The notes beneath the pieces are model-generated. The model was not told the DNA's origin and ran no database searches. It was given only the letters and a program-made list of their open reading frames with translations. Positions 1-8,640 of a stretch of 64,000 nucleotides of DNA are shown piece after piece. The stretch is from positions 62,001 through 126,000 of the forward strand of contig OZ025753.1 of NCBI GenBank assembly GCA_964019335.1. The letters run 5' to 3'. Within the stretch, counting starts at the first letter, position 1. Every line of letters starts with the position of its first letter. The position numbers were made by a program, and so were the translations under genes. The stretch comes from Diplonema japonicum. Lineage: Eukaryota; Protista; Euglenozoa: Diplonemea.

Positions 1-3000
1 ATCAATACCTTTCCGTCAACAACGAATAAAACAAACACTTATAAGAAGTATAGTCAGTCGCGCATATATAACTCCCACCCCTTCAACTACCGTGCAATCA
101 ACAGGTCGCCCTCCAGAGAGGAAGTCATCCGCACCATCTGTGACGCCTATGGTGCGGGTGTCCGAAAGGCCCTCTTCGTACGTGATGTCGTACAAAACGG
201 CAACGTGCTAAAGGTCCACCTGGAGATCGCCACCAGGGACACACATATTCCCTATGCACTCTTCACGCAGGCACTCCTACACCACCATGGAGTCCGTGCC
301 TGTTTCACCGAAGGTGTAGCACCGACGCGTCCCGTCAAGACCTTACGGAAAACGCCTACTACTCCTCAACCGGCCCACCGGCCGAACCACCGGTCTGGCC
401 CCCAGCCCGCTTATCGTCACGGATACCAACCTGCCTACGATAACCGCTGGGGCAAAGATCAAAACAGGTACGAGATCCGCAAGGACTTCTTCCTTAGCAC
501 AATGGCAAAGGACCAAGTCAAGAAGTCGCGGGACATCTCCAAGCCTAGCCCGGTCAGCTGCAAACGAAACAACGGCAGCATTGACTGGGCCCTCTGGGAG
601 TCTCTCAGCCAGGACGCAGCCGCCAAGTTCATGGCCAAGTACAGCCGCATCGTAAAGAACATGCGCCAAGGAAAGGCCCCCGAACAGGACGCAGCAGGTA
701 TCATCTACCTCGCTGTCGACAAACACGGTGAACCTGTGTACGCAGGGCAGACGTTTAACACCTTACGTCGTCGTATGCAGGGCCACTGGAGCAGCGCCAG
801 ATCGCACAGAGAGAACGCTGAAAGCAACGACACCCGCTTTCACAAGGCCCTCAGGGAAAACGGGGGCCCGTTATTCGCTTTCCCCGTCGAATCGATCAAC
901 CCCAAGTTCTTCGACGACGCCAAGTCCTTCCGTCGTGTTGCGATCCCCAGGGAGAACCAGTACATCAATAGGCTGGCTTGCTCCCTTAACATGCGTGGTA
1001 GGTTTGCTAAGACGCAGACCCGTCGCCGCCGCAACACGAAACGTAAACCTAAGACGGTACGCGAGCAGCAACAGCAGCGACACCAACACCAGGGGCGCTC
1101 GAATGCCAAACAGGACCCCAGCAGCAACACTACTACGTCCCCTTCGAACCCCAACAACACCCCCACCAGATCTACCGCTCCCTCGATACGGCTGAACGAC
1201 GACGGGGAGCTGTCGATCCAGGCTACTGGGTCCAACTACAAGTCCCTGTGTATGAAGATCACCGCGATGTGTGCACACCCCGATGTGCTGAACTACGACT
1301 TCACTACCTGGGCCCCCAAGACCGTCTTCAGGTACCTGAACTTCCTGAGGCGTTACTTCGTCGGGAACTTCTTCACCGCCAAGATCGCGGCTATCGAACG
1401 AGGCCTCACCAACCGCCTCAGCCCTGCCCTCTTGAAAAAGGTGGTCCGCCGAGACGAAGGCTTCGTGTGGTTCAAAACGAGTTTTGACCACAAGGCCAAG
1501 GAGATGATCCTCTGGCGTAAGGTCTTCGAGGACAAGGAGGTAATTGCGGCATGCCCCAAGCCAGCCCTCCTTCGCAGAGTACACATGTGCAACAAGCTTG
1601 GTCAAACCCTCAAGGCCACAGTGTGCAATGTGACGAAGCTCAGCATCGAGACCCCGCGTCCAGAAGCGGCCGAGCCTACAACAAACTGCCCTTGCTCGAA
1701 GCGCAAGACCTCACACACACATGAGGGACACGCCTGCGGACTAGCAGCAGAGGTCATCGATGACGACGAAGTGAAGGAGGTTCTGAACAGAGGCATGAAG
1801 TTCCGCCTCTCAACACACGCCCTCCTCTCTTCCCAAAGTCTCGAGGAGGACATCAACGGGTTCATCACTCAGAACTTTCGGAGATCCCCTGCAGTGAAAA
1901 AGGATTCCTTCCGGAAGGTCCTCCTCGCTAAGGCACAGAACCTTCTCCACCCCCACACTCAGTCTCCGGTCTTCGACCCCTCAGTCCCGGAGTTCATCAA
2001 GACAAAGCTCCGGAAACTTCAGGAGGTCTACGTTTTCCTCCCCATAGACAAAAGCACCCACGACATTGGCGTCTGTTGCAAGGATCACTACCTCAGGATC
2101 CTGCACCAACAGCTTGATAGCCAAGCTTTCGAGCCGGTCTCGAAGCCCTTGGACTCGATCTTCTCCGAAATAGCTGATCAAGCCAAGACCTTCAACCTCG
2201 ATTCCACACGTCGCTTGCCATACCTGTACGGTACCCTGAAGCTACACAAAGACAAAGTGGGCGTCAGGTGGATCTCTGGTGTCTCCTCCACTGATGCACC
2301 CCCTGTGGACCAACCAGCAGCGGTCAGCACGCAGGAAATTATGGAGAACTTGGTCGCAGCAGGCGGCGATACAACGGGCAATAAAGCTAAGAAACCCACA
2401 GCTGCCACCACGGCCCTCCATCTAGAACTGTCTTCCCTCCTGAAGGCTGTCCAACGCGCGCTGCTGGACAAGGATCTGGAGGGCAGGTCCAAGACCCACG
2501 GTCCCGACGGTATCCGACTAAAGCGGTACTGGATCGTCGACTCGGCCGAGAACGTAGCTGCGGATATCAAGCAGCAGTACACAACTTACAAAAGCCTGTC
2601 CCCTGCCACGTACGACTTCCGGGACATGTACACCAACCTCGACCAAGGGCGTCTGAAAGAGGGGGTTCGTAAAGCAGTCCAAGAAGCGTTCGACTTCACC
2701 GGCAAGAACCTCACACGTGGCAAGGACGGGAGCTCCTTCACAGATGCCGACGAGGACGATGTCTACACCCCGGAACGGATCCATAAGCTCCTGGACCTCG
2801 TCGTTGACAACACCTATGTTGTGCAGGGTGGCCGCGCCGTTCGTCAAGTAAAGGGTATCCCCATGGGTGGGAACGCCTCCCCCGACCTGGCGAACCTGTT
2901 CTGCTACGCCGTGGAGGCCGCATACATCGACAAGCTCCTCGCCGAAGAGGACTGGGAGACCTTGAAACGCTACTGCAACGCGTGTCGCTACATCGACGAC

Positions 3001-3891
3001 TTCCTGTTGTGGAGCACTGCGCCACCCCCGGAGGAGCTTTATGGCATGGCTTATGTAAAGACCTCTTCAGACCCATGCGACGTCCCCTTTATCGGGATTC
3101 GCATCCGGATAGAGCGCCACGAACAAGCTAAGCACAACTATATTAGACTTAGCATTAACGATAAGGCGCAGAACTGGCGCTTCCGGCCAACGCGGTTCAC
3201 CCACGGGCACACCGCGGCGCCCACCACCCAGGGACCAGGCATCTTCAAGGGCATGGTCATTCGTGCCTGCGCCCTGACCAACAACATCGCGGACCTCAAA
3301 CGGGAGATCGCTTCAGTGATCTACCTGCTCCTAGATCGCGGTCACGACAAGGGCGGCCTGCGGAAAGCGTACAACGCCTTCCTTATCGAACGCGTGGATC
3401 GACGCTTCGCCATGGAGAAAAGCAACCTGCTGGCCTTCTTCACGCAAGTCCTCCACCGATACGACGCCAGAGCCCCGGTAGATTCTTGGTTGCCGGAAAA
3501 AACGTACATAGGCCCCAAGAAACCCCGTGCGCTTCCCTCGGACGACTCCTCAGCTGACTCCTCAGTCGTCTCCTCAGTCGCCTTCTCGGGGGGGCCCCTC
3601 AGACGAGCCCTCGGACAATTCCTCGGACAACTCTTCAGGTCTTGTCGAACCGTCACAACCCCGAGCAGCCTCCGTGGTCTCACCATCTGGTGTCACGGAC
3701 CAGGTTTTTTCGCCCCCCATCAACCTGCACACCAACAGCGGGGAAGGTCGCCTGGGCCTGGAATGCGGCTGGGCCGTCATAAACTGGTTGGCGGACTATG
3801 CTGGTGTGGACCGCATCCCCTTCTCTACAATGCAGGAGATCCAGGAGATGTACCACGGCTTCTCACGACTCATCTCCCCTTCCAGCACTGA
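1..3891 (+). CDS. PLE ORF1 (5'-partial): N-terminal GIY-YIG endonuclease, CxC...H...H motif, PLE-type reverse transcriptase
   Basis: GIIYLA...VYAGQT...RRRMQGH...ENQYIN (~697-970); NCPC...HTHEGHAC; PIDKS; LPYLYGTLKLHK; YDFRDMYTNL; GIPMGGNASPDLANL; RYIDD. The frame is open from base 1 and matches the 1326-aa ORF at 44688. Confidence 0.92.
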   Translation: MNTFPSTTNKTNTYKKYSQSRIYNSHPFNYRAINRSPSREEVIRTICDAYGAGVRKALFVRDVVQNGNVLKVHLEIATRDTHIPYALFTQALLHHHGVRACFTEGVAPTRPVKTLRKTPTTPQPAHRPNHRSGPQPAYRHGYQPAYDNRWGKDQNRYEIRKDFFLSTMAKDQVKKSRDISKPSPVSCKRNNGSIDWALWESLSQDAAAKFMAKYSRIVKNMRQGKAPEQDAAGIIYLAVDKHGEPVYAGQTFNTLRRRMQGHWSSARSHRENAESNDTRFHKALRENGGPLFAFPVESINPKFFDDAKSFRRVAIPRENQYINRLACSLNMRGRFAKTQTRRRRNTKRKPKTVREQQQQRHQHQGRSNAKQDPSSNTTTSPSNPNNTPTRSTAPSIRLNDDGELSIQATGSNYKSLCMKITAMCAHPDVLNYDFTTWAPKTVFRYLNFLRRYFVGNFFTAKIAAIERGLTNRLSPALLKKVVRRDEGFVWFKTSFDHKAKEMILWRKVFEDKEVIAACPKPALLRRVHMCNKLGQTLKATVCNVTKLSIETPRPEAAEPTTNCPCSKRKTSHTHEGHACGLAAEVIDDDEVKEVLNRGMKFRLSTHALLSSQSLEEDINGFITQNFRRSPAVKKDSFRKVLLAKAQNLLHPHTQSPVFDPSVPEFIKTKLRKLQEVYVFLPIDKSTHDIGVCCKDHYLRILHQQLDSQAFEPVSKPLDSIFSEIADQAKTFNLDSTRRLPYLYGTLKLHKDKVGVRWISGVSSTDAPPVDQPAAVSTQEIMENLVAAGGDTTGNKAKKPTAATTALHLELSSLLKAVQRALLDKDLEGRSKTHGPDGIRLKRYWIVDSAENVAADIKQQYTTYKSLSPATYDFRDMYTNLDQGRLKEGVRKAVQEAFDFTGKNLTRGKDGSSFTDADEDDVYTPERIHKLLDLVVDNTYVVQGGRAVRQVKGIPMGGNASPDLANLFCYAVEAAYIDKLLAEEDWETLKRYCNACRYIDDFLLWSTAPPPEELYGMAYVKTSSDPCDVPFIGIRIRIERHEQAKHNYIRLSINDKAQNWRFRPTRFTHGHTAAPTTQGPGIFKGMVIRACALTNNIADLKREIASVIYLLLDRGHDKGGLRKAYNAFLIERVDRRFAMEKSNLLAFFTQVLHRYDARAPVDSWLPEKTYIGPKKPRALPSDDSSADSSVVSSVAFSGGPLRRALGQFLGQLFRSCRTVTTPSSLRGLTIWCHGPGFFAPHQPAHQQRGRSPGPGMRLGRHKLVGGLCWCGPHPLLYNAGDPGDVPRLLTTHLPFQH

Positions 3892-6358
3892 TGAAGCGCC
3901 CGATCCTCTTGGCAACTTTTCCCGCTCGACCTTGTCACGTGCTTGCCTTATGGTCGTTGGTGCAAACTTGGAGGTCTTCCGTGCGGGCATGAAAGAAAGC
4001 CCCTGCTTGATCGTTGGTCCCTTGAAACGAAGTCTCAGCGGCCACTGGTTCATCGCTCTCAGGAAGAAGGGAAGGTACATGGTCAAAGACACCGACGTAC
4101 GGCTAAGGCTCCAGAGCTTCAAACACATCTGCGCGACATACTCCGAACACAACATCCTCTGCATCCCAGACGATGTGTGGGCCAGGACAACCCCAGGCAG
4201 GAAACACAACACACGTGTTCTAGACCCTGAGGCTGAGTTTCGCCAGTTTGAGCCGGTCATCACCCCGGCGGCACCCCAGGTGAGCGACTCGAGCGCGCGA
4301 AAGACTGAGACCGCTCTCAACACCCCGGAAGATCGCACCCTCCTAACTCATGTCACCCTAGCTGCAGCTATAGCTACATATGCCGCACGCACCCGACGGC
4401 TCGACACAGGAGTCGCCGCATCAGGTGTGGATGCGCACACCGCTCACTTCGGGCGGCCCGTCGCCACCGCCATCATAGCCCTAGCTGCCGCCGTGGCCGC
4501 GCGAGCCGTGCACACCGGATGCTCTGTCACCACCACGTCTACGGCAAGCCAGACTAACGTGGTCGGAACTGTCCCGCTCTTCCTGAAGGTCTCGAGTCTG
4601 CACAAGTCTACACCACAGACAGCAGTCGCAACCTGTCAGACGGACCGTGTCACAGCACCTGTACTGTTCTCGATATCATCGACGCTCCAGACGGATCCTC
4701 CCAGCAGTAGACTGCCCCCGATGGACGCCGGACTGGGGTCGCCCTCGGCCGCGGCGGTCAGACTTACGAAGTCTGTCGAAATTCCGACGCCCCGCGCGAC
4801 CCTGTCGAGGCGGCCGGTTACTGAGCCTCGGTTGACACCATGCCTTCCACCGCCAACGGACGTGTCATCCACCCAGCTCGCGGCCTGCACTCAGTCCACC
4901 CGTCGGGACACCGGACACGGGAGTGACACACCGATGCCGTCGTCTACCATGGGACACGCGACACTCCAACCAGTGGTCGGCTCCCAGATTGTGACAACGT
5001 CGGCTGTGGAGTCATCGCTCGCCCGAGCCGTGACAACGCCCGTTCTGGCAGACGCCCCCCTCGGCGCCCGCCAGGTACAGCTCACTCCTTGCATCCAGTC
5101 CGTCCATGAGAACATCGGACTCGGGATGGATACGCCGATGGCTCCCGCCATGGGACACGCGACGCTTCAACCGGTGGTCAACGCCCAGAGAGACACGACG
5201 CTGACCCTGGAGCCGCCCGTGGCCCGAGCCGAGGCAGACGCTCCCCTAGACCCTCACCAGGCGGATGGTGGTTTAGAAATGATCGACCTCACGCAGGACT
5301 CCCCGGACAGACCCTCGCGCAAGAAGAAGCACGACGGCACTGCTTACGAGCACGAAAGCCGTCGTGGTAAGAGTTCCTCCACAGGCGATGGGGATCTTCT
5401 CATCCTGCGCGAGCAGTCACAGGGTTTTGATCAGGAAGCCCTCAACCGAAGGGCCCTCCAGAGACGGATGGATCGATACCTCAGTCTCTTGGTCTACTTC
5501 CGGCGACACCCGGAGCTCTTGGACGAACACCAGCGTCAGCTCCTGTCGGTCGGTCCCCTCCCGATGCACCTGGACACCTCTCCACATCAACTGCTGCTCG
5601 AGGCCCGTGACACGGATAGAACTGCCGACCAACAGGCAACCGTCGCCAACCAGGAACAGCTTCTTCTGATTGCGCACAAGGCGTTGCCTACCACCGAACG
5701 TCTTCGGTTGTCTCACGAATGGCACTCGGGGCTGAACACCGCGGTACAGCAACAGTGGTGGTCGGAGTTCTTCGCCCAAGGCGGCTGGAAACACCCACTC
5801 TTCGGTTCCGAGGCCCCAAGAGGTGACGAGACTAGGACTCCAGGGAGGACCCCTCTCCTGCTCACCTACAACGGGCAGAGGAACAAACGCCCGGAACCCG
5901 AAGACGGCCCCGCCCTTCCCGCGGCCAAACGGGATCTCGCCGCGACGAGGCCGAACACCAGAGTCACTGGACTTGTCGCCCTTAAGAGGCTCACCAGGGA
6001 AGCAGACGTCGACGGCCCTGAGGACCTGGATGAGCTTCGACACCTGGGCTTCCTTTCCCAGGGCGAGGCCGTCTTTGACCTCAGCTGCATGTCCAGGGCT
6101 TGCACACACTTCCTGGGTGCGACCCCCATGGTCACGGTCCCCCTCGACACACGCGTCGCGATCCCGTGTCTGCTGGTCTGTTATGACTCGACGTGGCTCT
6201 ACGCTTCCCGCCAGGGACAGGGCTTTCGGTTGCAGACCCAAGGGTTCAAGGACAAGTCGTATCCGACTGTGGCAGCCCTACTCGCTGACTTCGTGGGGGC
6301 AGGGACCCTCTACTACAGCGAGTCACAGTGGTCGACTGTGCTGAACTCCTACAACTAG
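3527..6358 (+). CDS. PLE ORF2 (+1 frame): Josephin-like cysteine protease, low-complexity linker, SIM/NLS, degenerate second Josephin-like domain
   Basis: 943-codon ORF, intact in both young copies and recognisable in the old copy. Motifs ECGWAVINWL, GNFSRSTLSRA, GHWFIALRKKGRYMVKDT. The first codon is GTG; expression is probably by fusion to ORF1. Confidence 0.75.
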   Translation: MRFPRTTPQLTPQSSPQSPSRGGPSDEPSDNSSDNSSGLVEPSQPRAASVVSPSGVTDQVFSPPINLHTNSGEGRLGLECGWAVINWLADYAGVDRIPFSTMQEIQEMYHGFSRLISPSSTDEAPDPLGNFSRSTLSRACLMVVGANLEVFRAGMKESPCLIVGPLKRSLSGHWFIALRKKGRYMVKDTDVRLRLQSFKHICATYSEHNILCIPDDVWARTTPGRKHNTRVLDPEAEFRQFEPVITPAAPQVSDSSARKTETALNTPEDRTLLTHVTLAAAIATYAARTRRLDTGVAASGVDAHTAHFGRPVATAIIALAAAVAARAVHTGCSVTTTSTASQTNVVGTVPLFLKVSSLHKSTPQTAVATCQTDRVTAPVLFSISSTLQTDPPSSRLPPMDAGLGSPSAAAVRLTKSVEIPTPRATLSRRPVTEPRLTPCLPPPTDVSSTQLAACTQSTRRDTGHGSDTPMPSSTMGHATLQPVVGSQIVTTSAVESSLARAVTTPVLADAPLGARQVQLTPCIQSVHENIGLGMDTPMAPAMGHATLQPVVNAQRDTTLTLEPPVARAEADAPLDPHQADGGLEMIDLTQDSPDRPSRKKKHDGTAYEHESRRGKSSSTGDGDLLILREQSQGFDQEALNRRALQRRMDRYLSLLVYFRRHPELLDEHQRQLLSVGPLPMHLDTSPHQLLLEARDTDRTADQQATVANQEQLLLIAHKALPTTERLRLSHEWHSGLNTAVQQQWWSEFFAQGGWKHPLFGSEAPRGDETRTPGRTPLLLTYNGQRNKRPEPEDGPALPAAKRDLAATRPNTRVTGLVALKRLTREADVDGPEDLDELRHLGFLSQGEAVFDLSCMSRACTHFLGATPMVTVPLDTRVAIPCLLVCYDSTWLYASRQGQGFRLQTQGFKDKSYPTVAALLADFVGAGTLYYSESQWSTVLNSYN

Positions 6359-6437
6359 GAACTACTGGAGACGACCCTACGCAATGTAGGAGTGCCGGCC
6401 CGGCGTGCTACGAGGGCGATAGGCTATGCAGGGTCTC

Positions 6438-6844
6438 ACAGACCTCGCACCCTATGATTTTAGTTTCCACCTTTTCCTTTTCCACTTCTTGTCTTTTAAC
6501 TTCCCTTCTGCTTTCCCAACATGGTTTCCGTCCCGGGTATGACGTTAAACTGCGTCCGCCGACGCATTTGGGTCAACATTCTCTGATGACCAAGCCGTCT
6601 TTTTCCGTTTCTTCTCCCCTTCTCTTTGTTATGTTATTTTCATTATTCTTTCTGGCGATAGACTGATACGGGCCATGGAAGCAACCTCTGCTTAATTCCT
6701 GGTACGTGGGAGGCTCCTCTTGAGGATGTCAGTCACCTTTTCCCTTTTTTACTCGACTCTCTGTTTTCGTATGCAGTATTTATTCTTTCCCACCCCTTTT
6801 TATCTATTTCTTCGCTTCTTCATCCTAACTTAAAACCATTTCAG
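6438..6844 (+). repeat. 3' pLTR of PLE copy A
   Basis: Matches the direct repeats at 43338-43735 and 51215-51612, with a small variant segment after CTGATGACCAA. Confidence 0.9.
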
Positions 6845-7164
6845 TCCCCTTCTTTCCCGTCTTCTCTCCGACCACTCCGTAGAAGGAGTTTCCGTTTCCA
6901 ATCCCGTACCCCTTCCCGCGGGCTGTCATCCCGTACCCCTTCAAAGCTTTGTGAACGTCCATCTTAGACTGACGCGGTAGCTTAGATTGTCAATGTGTTT
7001 GCTGTGATCTGATATGATCTGATATGATCTGATATGACTCGATTTTCTTCTCTTCTCTTCTCTTCTCCTTTACGTTGCTGATCTGTGTCGCGCTTCAACT
7101 TCCAATATTTGTATTTTCTTTTCAAACCGTTGCTGAGTGATACTTTATTGGCACGGTCGGACAC

Positions 7165-7203
7165 CAATAAAGTACAGAAACTGTAGCTTTAGAATCGTTG
7201 GTA
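7165..7203 (-). other. Spliced-leader (SL) exon relic, diplonemid type, 39 nt
   Basis: Minus strand reads TACCAACGATTCTAAAGCTACAGTTTCTGTACTTTATTG. The 3' half is the conserved euglenozoan SL CAGTTTCTGTACTTTATTG and the 5' half resembles the Diplonema SL. No recognisable SL intron or T-tract follows. Confidence 0.85.
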
Positions 7204-7730
7204 AAAAAGAATAACAAAAAACAGGGCTATCTCTTTTTTTTCCCCTCCCTTTTTTTCTCTGTTTCATCAAAGGGGGGGGGGGGGGTCAAAACATCACGCG
7301 AAAAGAAATCAGAAAAACTTTGTTTGTGCACACGAGCTAGGTATTTTTACCTAATAAAATAGTCGCGGGTTGTCCGGTTCCTCCAGAACTTTTTTTTTTT
7401 TTTTTTTTTTTTTCCCCATTCTTTTTTTTTTTTTCTTGAAAGCAGCAGAGGTGCAGGCAACTCACCAAAGCAGAGAGGAAAAAAAGGAAAAAAGGGGGAA
7501 AAAATAAATAAATAAAAGAAAAACTGAACGGCATCTCATCATTTAGCTAATCAGCGCCCCATGGAAATGGTGCTGCCCAGCTCGGAGCGATTTTAGCAGC
7601 CTGCAGAAAAAGAAACACACGAAAAAGGTGAATATATACAGCGCTCTCGGCTCCAGCACCCTCACCGCCCGAGCTTCGGCTTCTTCCGCCTCACTGACTG
7701 CAACAGCCTTCGCTGCTTTGTGACTCATAG

Positions 7731-7762
<32 letters not shown>

Positions 7763-8403
7763 GGAGTATAACCCCTTCGATAATGAATTGTTGGTGCTAA
7801 AGAAAGGTTGTTGCCTACGCACATTCAGAGCTAGCCGTTGCTCCCATGAGCAGAAAAAGATTTGGAGATAAAGCAGGCCAAATTTTATTTAATGTAGCGG
7901 TTCATCACTGGAGGAACTTGTGAGTCCTTGAATTCCTTGTTCGTACAGATATTTAAAATAGCTGATGCAGTGTTCGACAGGTGGCCGTGTTTTTCTATTG
8001 GGTTTGAGCGAGTGATAGGTGCAAAACTTTCTCCCACCTGTAGGCCATTTTGCTTTGCCGTTGGCGTGACTTCCACCACGGTTTTCGCCTTTTTCTCGAG
8101 GCTGATGCCCTTGGCTCGCTTTCCCTGTCACCTTCGGTTTTCTCCAATGACTGTGGGCGTGAAATAAAGTACCTGATTTTCACTCCCAGCAAACGCTTAG
8201 CTTAAAAACATGAGGGGGAAAAAAGAAAAAATTAGATACTTTATTTTCACGGACGCGACCTGGGCGTGAAATAAAGTGAAACCTGGTTTTATCGTTCTAG
8301 CCTAAATTCTTTAAGAGAGCTGCTCAGAATTAAATAAAAAGAAAATCAAAAAGAAAGGGAATTTTCCATGGAAATGGAAAAGGGAAGAGAGCTTTTGAGT
8401 CAG

Positions 8404-8441
<38 letters not shown>

Positions 8442-8605
8442 CAGTAGGACAAAATTTTTGCCTCGGTTCAGTTCCCAGTGGGGGGGGGGGGGGGCCTCAC
8501 CAGCAGGCCATGCAGCCGTCTCGCCTTTTTACCTATTAGTGTCAGGTCTCCACGTTCACCCACCAGCGACTTCATTGCGCTGTTCTCGAAGTCCAGCGCA
8601 ATGAC

Positions 8606-8640
<35 letters not shown>

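Larger units (their letters stand above)
1..6844 (+). mobile_element. Penelope-like retroelement, copy A (5' part lies outside the window)
   Basis: Near-identical to 44778-51612 (offset 44777). Contains the GIY-YIG/RT ORF, ORF2 and a 3' pLTR ending CATTTCAG at 6844. Confidence 0.92.

Noticed and set aside
3600-3891. ORF1 tail as a real protein domain
   Set aside because: It overlaps the ORF2 frame that carries the conserved protease motifs and reads like off-frame sequence.
6374-6420. Twister ribozyme resemblance (GCCGG..CCCGG..GAGGG)
   Set aside because: Lacks the UAA cleavage-site strand and the UCCCAAG-type loop needed for the pseudoknots.
6539-6590. SECIS element (ATGA...AAA...GA), as in selenoprotein-coding Naiads
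   Set aside because: AAA is only 4 nt after ATGA, too close for helix II, and neither PLE ORF has an in-frame TGA.
6583-6620. Hammerhead ribozyme core CTGATGA in the pLTR
   Set aside because: No stem II-GAAA follows, and the old copy has CTGGCGA at this position.
1-6844. Assembly duplication of copy B
   Set aside because: Several substitutions, a different pLTR variant and a different 3' flank favour a separate insertion; not fully excluded without reads.
7050-7203. Functional SL RNA gene
   Set aside because: After GT there is no recognisable SL intron, Sm-like site or T-tract, and no tandem array.
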